A stretch of DNA of 64,000 nt, counting the filler, from Jimgerdemannia flammicorona (Eukaryota): NCBI GenBank assembly GCA_003990765.1. It is 3 parts of 3 records of this genome, joined end to end, with 100 filler letters (N's around TTAATTAATTAA, not from the genome) between each part and the next. Parts side by side here need not be neighbours in the genome. Positions count along the whole stretch, not along the records: positions 43,115 to 64,000 come from RBNJ01001573.1; 2 more parts are not named here. The stretch is one strand, 5' to 3'. Positions 49,401-61,900 of the stretch are shown piece after piece. Positions within the stretch are counted from its first letter, which is position 1. The number at the start of each line of letters is the position of its first letter. The notes under the pieces are model-generated. The model worked only from the letters and a program-made list of their open reading frames with translations. It ran no database searches and was not told where the DNA came from. Made by a program: the position numbers and the translations under genes.

Positions 49401-52349
49401 ATAGTCTTCAGGAGGTATTTCTTTTTGGGCTTTGGGACAGTAGACTTTTATTTCTCTTACTCTATTTTCTCATCCTCTGGTAGTAGTTTGTTTGTTTTGA
49501 AGACAAAAGGTGAGAGAGACTGGGGGGGGTATCTCAAATTACTCCTCTTTGTCTTCTCTATCTTCTTCTTAAATAATTATTCTGCTAGTATTTCTAGATA
49601 GCCTTTTTATTGGTCTCTTTCTTTTCTTAACTGAGTAGACTGTTTTTCTAGAATGATCTTAGTTGGGTATAGGTTTATATTACTATAGTCTTTACTATTA
49701 CTTTTCTCTTCAAAGTCTTTGAAAGAATGGACTTTAGCCTTCTTATACTAGATTTCATTCTTTTGATTTAGTGGTTCTGAGTCTCTTTAATCACTTCTTC
49801 TTTATTATATTCTATAGTATAGTGTCCAAACTATCTACAGTAAAAGTATTAGACTTGAGTTCTGTCTTAGATAGGATACCTTCTTTCTTCTTATAGCTGG
49901 TAGCTCTTATTATCTCTGAGTAGATATTCTTAGTTTCTTTATAGTATATACCTGCTAGTAGCTCCAATTTTTATATATAGTGAGTTTTACAATTTGCTCA
50001 ACTAATTAGTTCAATTTGGAGTTAAGGTCTTGGATTTTATTTCTCTCTTTCTTTCACTCCTTAACTGGTCTTCTTTTTTTAATTTTTCTGTATTCTTGAA
50101 GAAGTTTTTATAGAGTTTTGACCAAGGGGTCGTTCTTATCATCCTTTTTATCATAATTACTTCAGGTAGTTTCTTGTCTGATATCAAAAAATCCTTGAGC
50201 TATATCTACTTATTCTTCAGGTTTTCTGATATCTAGAGTACAAATATACTAGATAATATTTAGAGAAATCTCATTTATGAAGATCATTAGACTTGTGATA
50301 TCTTAATTAGTAGTATTGAATCTAACTATATATATTCTCTTTTGAATTTAAGTAAAGAATACCCTAAGTAATTCTTTGAGATTCATCTTTATCTCTATAA
50401 TAGATTCTTAGACCTTATAGTAGATTTCATTTTCTCAATAAGTTAGTAGATCATGGCTTTATATTCTGCTTTCTAAGATGATATTATATAGATAGCTGTT
50501 CTAAGATCTGAATGTATATTACTTACTGCTCAGATGAAAATTCTCTCGACTAGTTCTCTGAGTTAAGTCTTATTGATGATAACTTTTCTCTGGGCTAAGA
50601 GATTCTTTAGAGCTACTATTTCTTCAATTCTGTCAAAAAATTCCCTTAAGTCTTCTTCAGGATATCTTGCAAAAGTTAATATTAAGGTGACCATTTCATT
50701 ATCACTGTCTTCTGGTTCTGATTCCAATTCAGATTCTAGTTCCAATTCAGATTCTGGTTCTGATTCACTTTCTGAGTTAATACTAGAGCTTAGGAACTTG
50801 AGTATCCTAAAGATAGTATTATTGATCTTAGATGAGATGCAATAGATCTAGGTATTCTTGAAGAGACTATTCTTAGTCCTTCAGATTCTGTAGCTACTAG
50901 TCCTAATAGTGGTTCAATAAGAGAAACTAATGAAGTTTTAAGAGAAATCAAGATTATGCAATAAGGTCCTCAAGTTCTTATATAAGCTCATTGAAGTCTC
51001 TAGCAGAGCTATTTATATTGTCTGATTGTTTTGATTAATCTAGTGGTAAGTCTGTTGATACTGGCTGAGAATTCTGTACTATACTGACTTCTGGTTGAGA
51101 TCCTTCCAATGCTAAATAATGGGCAAGTCTTAAGATAATTACTTCTCTTCTTGTTCAAATACTGATGATGACTTGTTCTCTTATAGTAGCAGAGATTGGT
51201 ATTATATCAAATATATCCAGTTTGGCTATTGAGTTCTTGTGAGCTAAAAAGTCATATAGATTCAAAGAAAATCTTCCCAGTTGAGTCTCCAAATATAATG
51301 TACCAGCTCAATGGAGGCAAATTACAAGGTTGGGGAGTTTGTGTAGTTTGGCTTAAGCCCCCAGTTACTTTGTCAAAAAGCGACAAAATGTTCAATAGTT
51401 TCCAGTATCCTTGTTGGTGTTTAGTGGTATAATAGTCAAATCTGGATACAGTGGTCAATTTCCTTATTGGGACGGTTCCTGGGTGTAGCAGCGATTTGTG
51501 TGTAGCGCGAACGGGTTCCTTATGCAACTTCTGCATGACGATCTCTAAAAGTATGCGATTTCTGCGTGACGATCTCTGTGAGCGGATTTCCTTATGTGAT
51601 TTCTGCGATATTCCTTCGGTTTGGCGCGGATTCTCGTAAATCGGTGGACTTCTTGAGTAATAACTCAGATAACTCAGATGGCGCGAATATCTCTCTTGGC
51701 AAAGTTACATCAAAGGCTGGCTTCATTTGCATGAATGTGAGTTCACTGCAAGGTGCATCAAATAGACTGGCTTTGTATCTGAGGGATGCAGGCAGACTTA
51801 TCAAATGGCAGCTCTTAAGTGGCGAGTTTCTCTTCAAATGGCAGTGAAGTTCTTCACTTGAACTTTTTGAACTTCTTTATATTGAAAAGTGGACTGGAGT
51901 GTGAATCAGATGTCAAGCTCACAATCTCCTAAAAGTGGCTTAGAGCAGGTGTTTCTCCTAAGTGTTGCAATCCTTTTCCTTATGATCAAGTGGCTTTTGG
52001 CAGGTGTATCTCTTGAAGTGTAGTAGGCAGACTTGTCTTTTGCTTTTGGATTCAATTTTGGACTGAGGTTTATTCACTCTTATCTCTGAGATATTTTATA
52101 TAGTTGTGGTTGCTATCTGGTTACTATGTGGCTACTATAGATTGCTATTAATGGAGAAGGTGCAGACTTTTACTATCAGAGTGATATTTACTATTAGTAA
52201 TGTCTCCTTCTTTAGCTATCTGGGTTATTTATATAAGTTGATACAGTAGAGTAATTCTGGTTATCTGTTGTACTAGATATAGTATATGGCTAAATTATAA
52301 TAACTAATTCAAATAGTAACTTGGTATATTTTTCTACTGACTTATCACA
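43469..52349 (-). mobile_element. Near full-length, heavily decayed family A element
   Basis: 5' LTR 51294-52349, PBS, gag with knuckle ~49810-49850, LIDTGAV ~49150, dUTPase ~47170-47530, RT/RH, INT, accessory region ~43880-44400, partial 3' LTR 43469-43837. Confidence 0.9.
51294..52349 (-). repeat. Family A 5' LTR (second subfamily)
   Basis: Adjacent to the PBS; 52000-52349 matches 43469-43837. Confidence 0.88.
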
Positions 52350-52399
52350 CTATACTCTCTAATAGTGATCTTGAGAAGAGTGATCAAAAATGATAATTA

Positions 52400-55300
52400 T
52401 TTATATATATAATTATAGCTGTTGTAGATATCTGATACAGTATCTAAATATTTTGATACTTATATAATAGTGACCAAAATGCTACAAGATTATATAAACT
52501 CAATTTTGTAACAATATTTTATAATATGATAAACTCTATTAATTCTGATCATTGAATGACTTAAGTCAGATATTAATAGAGTATTGGCTATTACTAGTCA
52601 CTACTATCAAATAAATCAATATTAATAACTGAATTCCCTAAGAGATAGCTTTATCTAAAAAAGTTTAAAGAAAATCCTCATTATGAACTCAGAAATAAAA
52701 TCATTATAGTTCAATATATTATTTATCTTTCTCTCTCTTTATTGATATCTCTTCTTTATAATTTGTCACAATATTCTCTAAAAAAAACTATCTCAGAGAC
52801 TCAGGTTTTTTATTGATAATATTATAGAAATTGTTTAAATATTATTAAAATTTCTATTATTTTAACATCTTAATAATGTAGCTTATATAACTATATTATC
52901 TTTGAGTTATATTACTTAATATATAAATATATACTATATATCTGGAATAATAAACAATACTCTCTCTTCTCTTTACTTTATATTTTAATTAAGATACATA
53001 TAATAAAGGTTATAAGCCTTACTTAGTAGCTAATAAGAAATACTTTTCTAAGATTATATACTACTCTATACTAAGATATCAGTATAGATAAATCAAGAAG
53101 TCAGTATAAGTACACCAGCTATAGCAGATATGGATATTCTCAGAATAGATATAATAATTATAATTTCTATAGCAAATGTAAAAATAGTTAAAAGATCAAT
53201 TTCTATTTTTGATAGTAAGAATTATACTATTTAGATATTCTATATAAGTAATCTTCTGAAGAAGTATGTATAACTTGACAGAGTATACAAAACTACAGGT
53301 ATAGATTCAAGATTATAATACTGCAAATAATTACTAAGTATTATGAGAGATTATATTTATATTATCAAACTAGTAAATAAAGCTTATAATATATACTATA
53401 ATAGTCTATATAATATATGAAAGACTCTATATAATTATTATATATAGGTTGAGTGTTGATATACTTGAGAGATTGATAGTCAGTAATGATATCAAACTCA
53501 ATATCTTCTATATAATATCATTAGTAGTCTAGTGTATATATTATTACTAATAGTTCCTTCTTATAGATAACTAGCTTTTATTTAGTAGAGGCCAACTTGT
53601 GGACTCAAAAGTAATAGAGCAATGTCTTTTGCCATTATCTTATGACAGAACTACTCTAATAGCAAAATTCAATATATTAGTGGTGACCATAAATTTTAGG
53701 CTTTGATCTACATTATATAGGACTGGAGTATAGATTAAGCAGTTCTTGAGTTCTTGAAAAGTTTATTAACAGAAGAGATCTCAGGTATAAGGTACATAGT
53801 GATCTAAGTATAGGATCTTTCTTATAAAATTAGTTAGTGGCTTAGTAATGCTAGAGAAGTTTCTGATAAAGTGATAGTAGTAGCTAGCTAGACCAAGGAA
53901 GAATCAAAGTTCTGTGAGATTTGATAGAATAGGCTATTCTTAAATTACCTCTATCTTATGTAGGTCTACTTGAATTTCTTATACAGAGATAATATGGCTA
54001 AGATATTTAAATTATTTCTTAAAGAATTTATACTTCTTAAGCTTGATATAAAGCTTGTGTTTTTACAGAATCTTCAGAACTATTTGAATATATTTAAGGT
54101 ATTCTTCTTTAATTATATTAAAGATCAGGATATTGTTAAGATATATCAATAGAAAAATAAATAGTTAGTCCTTAAATATCTTATTCATCAAGGTCTGGAA
54201 TATAGCAAGTGCATTGGTGAGACTAAATGCTAAGATCAGAAATTTGTAAAGTCCAAAGGAGGTTATGAATATAGTCTTGAAAATATCTTCTAGCTTGATT
54301 TAAATCTAGTGATATTCTGATATAAAGTCCAACTTAGTGAAATACTTGGCATCCTTGAGAGTATCAAAGATTTGATCAATCAAAGATAATAGATAGCAGT
54401 TCTTGACAGTGAGCTTGTTAAGTATATAGTAGTCTATGTATATATATTTACAGATTATTATCCTTCTTCTTAATGAATAAGACTGGTGAGCTATAAGGAG
54501 ATTTGCTTGGCTGAATGACTTCTCATATAAGTAATTCTTCTAGTTCCTTCTTGACTGTTTCAATTTCAAGTGGTAATATACAGTATATATATTTCTTGAG
54601 TAATATGTATAGCTCTTGGGGTCAGTTTAATTTCATGATCAACTTCTCATATAGGCAGTAGATCAGGTAGTTTGTCTGGAAAGACATCCTTGAATTCTTC
54701 TAATAGTAACTTGATACTTTTATTGATTAATAGTTTCTGATCTTGTTTCTTGGGACAGACTATTGCAACAAAGATATGCATTGCTTTCTTGAGTGCTTTT
54801 TTATACTATATAGCTGATAGTATTGCAATCTGGGTCTTGCTCATAGTATTGTCTATCTTAATAGTGATATTGACTCTGTCTTAAAGTAAGATGACTTCAT
54901 TCTTATACCAATCAATGTCTGAATTGTGTTTTATAAATCAGGGTTTTTCTAAGATTAGATTATAATCTCCTAGTAGTGCAATTTTGAAGTTTACTCATTC
55001 CCAATATTTCTGAATCTTGATGAGTAGTTTGGCAGCAATTGACTTGATGGAGTGCAGTATACCATCTGTAATAACTATACTATTGTTCTTGAGTGCAGAC
55101 TTGGTAAGAATCTTGAGGCTTTCTATAAGATTCTGATTGATGAAGTTCTCTATAGCTCTACTGTCTATGAGTACTTGAACTTCTTTTCCTTTGACTAGGT
55201 CTTTGAAAATGAGCATAGCTTGAGCTTGATTTTCAATAAGACTTGCTACTTAATCAGTACTACCAAAATCTTTTTAGTCTCATTTAGTTTCAGAGAGTTC

Positions 55301-56900
55301 TTAGACTTCTGTCATCTTAGATTAATTGGCTTTTTCTAGGATCATTTGCATGACTCAGTCTCCTTCCTTGACTGTATAGTTTTAATCCTTCTGATTGTTA
55401 AGTAGAACTTGAATTTGTTCTCAAAAGTCTGGGTTAATAATTTCAGTATCTATATCTAAATAATGTTTGACACTGAGTTCTGATTATGGTATAATTCTGA
55501 TATAATGTCCTTTAGGACATTAGACTACAATTCCAGTAGGCACCAGAGTTCAGTCCTTGGTTGAAATAGTGACTTATTTGACAGAGTATAGATTAAGACC
55601 AATAGCTCCTTCTGTTTGATATTGAGGAGCCTGGGTCTTTAAGTGAAGCTTCTTGATTTTGAGCTTAGATTAACTGGTAGTAGAATTGACAGGTATATCT
55701 TTGGACAATATAGTGACTGGTCTCAAAGGTTCACTAGTCTTCTTAGGATATTTGATTATAATATATCCTATTTGATAATAGAAAAAATAGACTCTAAATT
55801 TCTTCAGATAGTTCTTTTCTTCAGAGATAAGCTTGGTATTCTTTTTGTTCATAGTATCTAAATCTATTGATGCTAGGCCAACTGTCCTTAGTTGGTTTCT
55901 GTGGTAGTTCTCAAAGTGGTTCTTCTTGTAGTATTCTAGTTCAAAGTAATTACTGAAGGTAATGATATCAAATCTATCAGCAATTCTCATGGCTTTATTA
56001 AGACTTTATGGCTCTTCTAGCTTGACCTTGACTTGTGTGTTTCTCTTCAGACCTTGGACATAGTGGTCTATCTTTTTATTCTCAGCTATTACTAGTAATT
56101 TGAGTAAGATTGATAGGAATTATATATTATTGCTTTATACAGACTTGAGTTGCTTGATATTTGCTAGCTTATCTCTGACTAGCTTAGTAGTATTAGCAGA
56201 CTTGAACTACTTGTGAAGAGCTCTCTTAAAAACTTTTCAATATTTGATTCATATATTTAAGTATATAAATATATATAGTTATAATGTAATTATAGTATCA
56301 AATAACTATATTTCCTCAGAGAAGTGTGGCAGCAAATTGGACTTATATATCTTTTTCCATTCTTGTGAGCTCAAAGTATTAGTCCAATTGGAAGGTCCAT
56401 ATATCTGAAGATAGTCCTCCCCAGTGACTGTTAAAGATATCTAGCTTGAGTAGCTTGAAACTGACTAATATTATAGCAGAATATAATGTACTCATAGTTC
56501 TTGTTTTCTGCTAGTCTAGTTGTACTTGAAGTACTTAGATTTAGTGGGCCATAAAGGTGATCATATCCTCTATGCTGACTTATAGCTCTCTTGCTTCTTC
56601 TATAATAAAGAGATCTAGCTAGTAGGCTGATTCTTTATAGCCCATTTTAGATTTATGTAACTAGTTATAACTAGTTTCTGAATTTGTATAGAGTTTCTTA
56701 ATAAAGCAGGATATAATGATACTACTACTATCAAGTATAATTGTTCTAGTTTCTTTAAGAGGAAGCAGCTAAATCTAGAAGTTCTGGTTAGTATAAAGTA
56801 GCTCAAAGAGATACTTAAAGGTTCAAGTGTTCTCAAAATATTTCTGAGAGAAAATATTCTAAGCTTTATTCAGGTAGAGAATAAGAATATTTATATATAA
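52400..56900 (-). mobile_element. Ty3/Gypsy family D: gag-dUTPase-protease-RT-RH-INT, decayed
   Basis: VLIDSRAIENFI protease (54995-55216), [32 protein letters not shown]; integrase remnant 52500-53450. Confidence 0.82.
55290..55650 (-). pseudogene. dut: dUTPase of family D, between gag and protease
   Basis: GAIGLNLYSVK*VTISTKD*TLVPTGIVV*CPKGHY; IINPDF. Confidence 0.75.
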
Positions 56901-57179
56901 TCTGAAAGTAAGATCTGGAAGGAAAGAGAAATACTAAGAAATAGGTTCTTGATAAAGCTAACTAATATAATTCTACAATATTCTGAAAAGTTCTATAACT
57001 AGCTAAGATAAGATACTTGGTACCAAGAAAAGACAAGAATTCTAGTAGTGTCTGGGCACCAAGAGGAGATTTCTAAGTAAGTAGAAGATGGCAGAATATA
57101 GTAGAATGTTCAAGAAATAATAAGAAAAGACTAGCTAAAAGATATAAAAATATACTAAAACTAAATATAACTACTCAGC

Positions 57180-57415
57180 TCTTATCTAATTACTAATTAT
57201 TGAGTAACCTAAAGGAATCTATATCAGATAGACTATAGAGTTGTAATCCTATAATATAACTATTATGTACTACTCTGGAAGAACTAATATCAATATAGAT
57301 ACTCTCTCTAAAGGACCTCTAACCAGTAAACTGACTATAAATAAAAAGCTTTACTATAGAATTATCACTTACTTAGAACAGTAAAAGATACCCCAATATC
57401 TAATAGAATGAATAT
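57180..57415 (+). mobile_element. Old B/E-like RNase H-integrase junction fragment into which family B copy 2 inserted
   Basis: Resembles 11200-11420. Confidence 0.6.
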
Positions 57416-58927
57416 TGTAATAGTGACTCCAGAATGATGACATCAGTACAGGAGACAGCCTTTTCTTGCAAGCCACCAGATTAGAGTATAAGAAGATCAT
57501 ACAGCATATGAGATGAGCAATAATGACCAACTATAAGTCATTGTGACCACAGTATAAGCATCCTGAAAAATATAAAAGAAGAATCAAGAAACTACAGTAG
57601 TAGCAACCAACAAGAACCACCAATTCCAAAATAGCTCAAAGACTTACCACAAACAAAATGCCTGCTGCCTACCAAACCTTAAGATTAAGGAATTACCAAG
57701 GTATCTTAGTCAAGAAAAGGATGTTCCAAGACATCAGAAGAGCCATGGGGACCTGCTCAAGAAGGACTCCTAGTGTCAACCTGGATACTGCAGACCCTTA
57801 TCACTTTATTCTCTACTACCACAAAATGGAAACAAGGATCACCATTGCTACCGAATATCTCCAAATGTGGCAGGAGTATGAAATAGAAAACCTCCTCTAC
57901 CAGGAGTTCCCACAGGCTAGCACCCAAGAGCTACAAGATACCACTCCCATGGATATATATGAAACAAGAACAGCTAAGAAGATCTATCAGATCTTCAGAC
58001 ATGCACCATGGTCAATCACCAACTTGGAGTATGTTAGAGTCTCAGACTTCAGAGTGTCATCTCACTGTATCAATGCACTAGAAGCCAGGGTGGCTACAGA
58101 AGCCCAGTCCACTATCACTCTCAACAGTGAAGAAGTAGAAGACTTCTGGCACCCTATCCTCCAGGACAACCCAGATCAATTCCTGCAAGGATTGATCTCA
58201 GTATTCCAAGGTCCAAGTATTCAGATTAGACCTCCCTAAGACTCCACATTTATTCCCTATTTTGTGGAAGAGAACCTCATAGACTGGAGAGCTCCAGATC
58301 TCCTTGTTCCTGATTTCCCCACTACAGCTGAATGTGATGACATCATTGGCGATGATGTCATCTCATATGACATCGACATATGCGAGATGTGTGATGAAGT
58401 ATATGAAAATGATGAATTCATGAATCTCATCTCCTTCAGTGATGATGATGATGAGGATGAAGCCCCCATAGTTCTGAACTTTCTGCTCTAAATTCTTTGT
58501 TACACTGGATAATACCAGCACTGGTATTCTGAGGTGATGCGAAATTGTTCCAGCACCAGCATTTTGATGTGATACTAAATAATGCCAGCATTCTAAACCT
58601 GTACAACCATCAGTACCAACCCTGGAACTTAGTAGTTATTGGAATTTATATTTAGCTTTATATCTTAGTAACCATTGAATTATATTTTGTATAAATACTC
58701 CTCTTATTTCCTCTGAAATAAAGTCAGTTCTGGTTTCACTTATATACACTTTCTTGCAAACAATCTAAGAGATAACAAGACAGTTAAAGATAAGAAGTTT
58801 GAGGACTATAAGACCTTAGGAAGGCACTCCAATAAGAACTTGCTTATAATAAACTTGAGTTAGTCTAAGAGATATACCTTGAAGAGGATCTGGCATATTT
58901 GAAGGACTCAGTGACCACTATGTGACA
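57416..58927 (+). repeat. Family B 5' LTR
   Basis: TGTAA...TGACA followed by the PBS. Confidence 0.93.
57658..58491 (+). pseudogene. LTR-encoded accessory ORF, 5' LTR copy (single internal stop)
   Basis: 193-aa and 75-aa ORFs in the same frame, separated by TAA where copy 1 has CAA. Confidence 0.85.
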
Positions 58928-58983
58928 ACTTGGTGCCTATTGGCTGGTGATTCAAGACAAATCCCTCACTTTCAAGCTGAAAA

Positions 58984-61900
58984 ATGAACAACCCCCACAA
59001 TAACTACCCTGACTACAAGAGTCACCCTTACAAGAATTCAAGACAAGATGGAAATGCATCCCCCCACATTCTATGGATATACTACTAAAGAGTCAATCCT
59101 GACCTTTATTGAAAATTTTGAACAATTTACCACCATACGAGCTCTTGGTGTGGATGCTCAATTGGCTCTTCTACCAGTCAGCCTCAGAGGACCTGCCAGA
59201 GATAAGTTCAATACAGCCACCATTGCTGATGCTGGTGCAGCCAAACTTACCAATATGAAGGTCTTCCTCAGGACAACATATTATACCAAAGAGATCAAGC
59301 AAGCTCTTAAGGATCAACTCAATACTATCTGCCAGAGACTTAGTAAAAATCCCAACTCATTCTATATCTGAATTTGCCACCAGATTGTCTTAGCTGGCTA
59401 TGATGACCACCTCAAGGAACAAATAGTGGATTCAACCTTCCTCAAAGAAGTTCACCCTGAAATTGCCCTAGCAATCCAGTCTACCCCAGCTGTACTGACC
59501 CTTGATCAGAAAGTGGTCTTTGTACAGAAATATTGAACTGCCAGACATCCTGCTGAACACTCAATGGAGAAAATAACTAGTATCAAGATGGAGCCATCAA
59601 AGCCAACTAGTATCATATCTGCCACAGTTGTAAACAGACAACCAACCTCACCTACCCCCAAGACAGCCAAAGCTGACCCAGTGGAGGAACTCGCCAAGCA
59701 GTTCACTAAGATGATTGCACACCTTAGTAATGTTGTTAGAGAAGTCTGAAGTGCTAACAAGAGACCAGTGCAGAGATTTGCAGCTGCTACAGAAGAATGC
59801 AATATCACATGCTTCAGATGTGGAGAAGAAGGCCACTATGCAAAGAGTTGCATGACTGAAACAAGATGCAAAGCCCAACCAAGCAATGCTACCAGAACCA
59901 GAGAAAAAACCAATACAGTAGTCATTGAGGAGATCGGTGACACTGATGATGAAGAATACTACAAGAAGCTCAAATTCTACCCTGCTACTAAAGATACCAA
60001 AACTCGGTCCAAGCCCTATAACAAAAAGAGCAACAGTAAGCCAGTTGGAAGACCAAAGAAGACCCCAGCTGTCACTATTCAAAGCAAGACCTAATCTGAG
60101 GAGATTGATCAAGACATGGAGTTAGACAAAGCTGCCTGCCAAATTATAGAAGGCACTACTTCAGTCTCAGGAGAAAGCAAAAGCAAGAAGGAACAGAAGT
60201 TATGCAAGACCAAGATCCACCAATATGACATCTACAAGGACCTCAAGGAATAGCAGGTCAATGCCACTTTTGGACAGCTAGCTGAAGTCCCTGCCTTCAG
60301 ATAGCAGTTGAGAGTAGAACTTGCAACTACTGCTAAGAATCAAGAGTACAAGATTGTAGAAGCTCACAATGTACAGAAAGAATCTAAGAACTCAGGTGAA
60401 GAATCCAAAGACCAGCGCAAGACATCAGCCTATACCCCCTGCCAGATTTAAGACTGTATCTTTGATACCATTATTGATACTGGTGCTGGAGGATGCCTCA
60501 TGAGTAAGAAGGCAATTGATTGCCTAGGTTGGGACATTGAAGAGTCCACCAAGATGGTCTATGTCACAGCAGACAGTACACAAGCTACCCCCCTTGGCAA
60601 AATCCAAGAAGTCCCCATCAAGATAGGAGGAGCTACTATCCCAGTAGACATGATTGTTATAAGTGCCACCAACTATGACATCCTCATTGGCAACCAATGG
60701 CTTCATAAGGCCAAGGCCATCATTGACCTCAATGCCCAGAAGATGCAAATCAACTATAGAGGAAGAAAGGTAAGAGTCTCTATCAATGTCTACAAAGGAG
60801 TCCTACTAGATATGGAGGAAGGAGATGAAGAAGACACAGAGGTCTTCATGCACTCGGTGAATAAGAATAAGAACAAGACACCCAAGCTCACAGATGAGCA
60901 GTGGTACAACAAGATCATTGATGGCTATGCTCCTCAAGGAAGATGCCCCCATGGTACTAGAATATATTGCTCTGAACACCTGAATGACTGCTGGTCCTGT
61001 ATCAGTGAAGTTAGGAAAATCCACTAATAGAAACATGAGCAAAAAGCTGCTGAAGCAAAAAGGAAAGCCGAAGAAGATGACCAGCCCCCAGAGCTTCAAG
61101 CTGACAATAACGATGAGAAGGAACAAGAATCAGACATCACCCTCAAGGTCAAGAAGTTTCACCCTAAAGCCAAGATCCCAGAATATAAGACTGAAGGAGC
61201 CATAGGAATGGACCTTGCCAGCATTCAAGATGCTACCCTTGAACCATAGACTACCACCCTACTTGGCACTGGAATTGGAGTCAAGCTGTCAGAAAACCAT
61301 ACCGGAATTATCAAGACCAGGAGCAGTCTGGCCAAAAGCAAAATCTCAGTTGAAGGAGGAGTAATTGACCCTGATTACACTGGCAAGATCTTCCTTATAG
61401 TCAGAAATCACAACCACACCACCCTCTTCAAAGTCAAGAAGTATGACAGGATTGGCCAGATACTGATCCACAAAATCAAGAAGCCCAAGATCATAGAAGC
61501 CATTGAACTTATCAAGACCAAGAGAGGAGAACAAGGCTTTGGATCTACTGGAAGAGGAGCCTATACCACCATCAAGATTACTGAACTTGAGCACAAGAAA
61601 GACAAGGACCAGAATAAGTACATATATACCATTAGAGAAAACTTTCCCCTGGAGGAACAACTTCTCAAGATCCTGTACCAGAATGAAGAAGTACTTGCTA
61701 CAGACTTTAGGGATATCCACAATCAAGAACTCAAGTATTATTACAAAGTTGACACTGGTGATACCAAGCCTATCTACCAGAAAGTCAGACCCATATCACC
61801 TGTCTACAGAGAGTGGCTGTGAGCAGAACTCAAGGAAATGGAAGAAGCCGGAATCATCAAGCAAGCTATCAGCCCCTGGGCCTCACCCATTATCCTAGCC

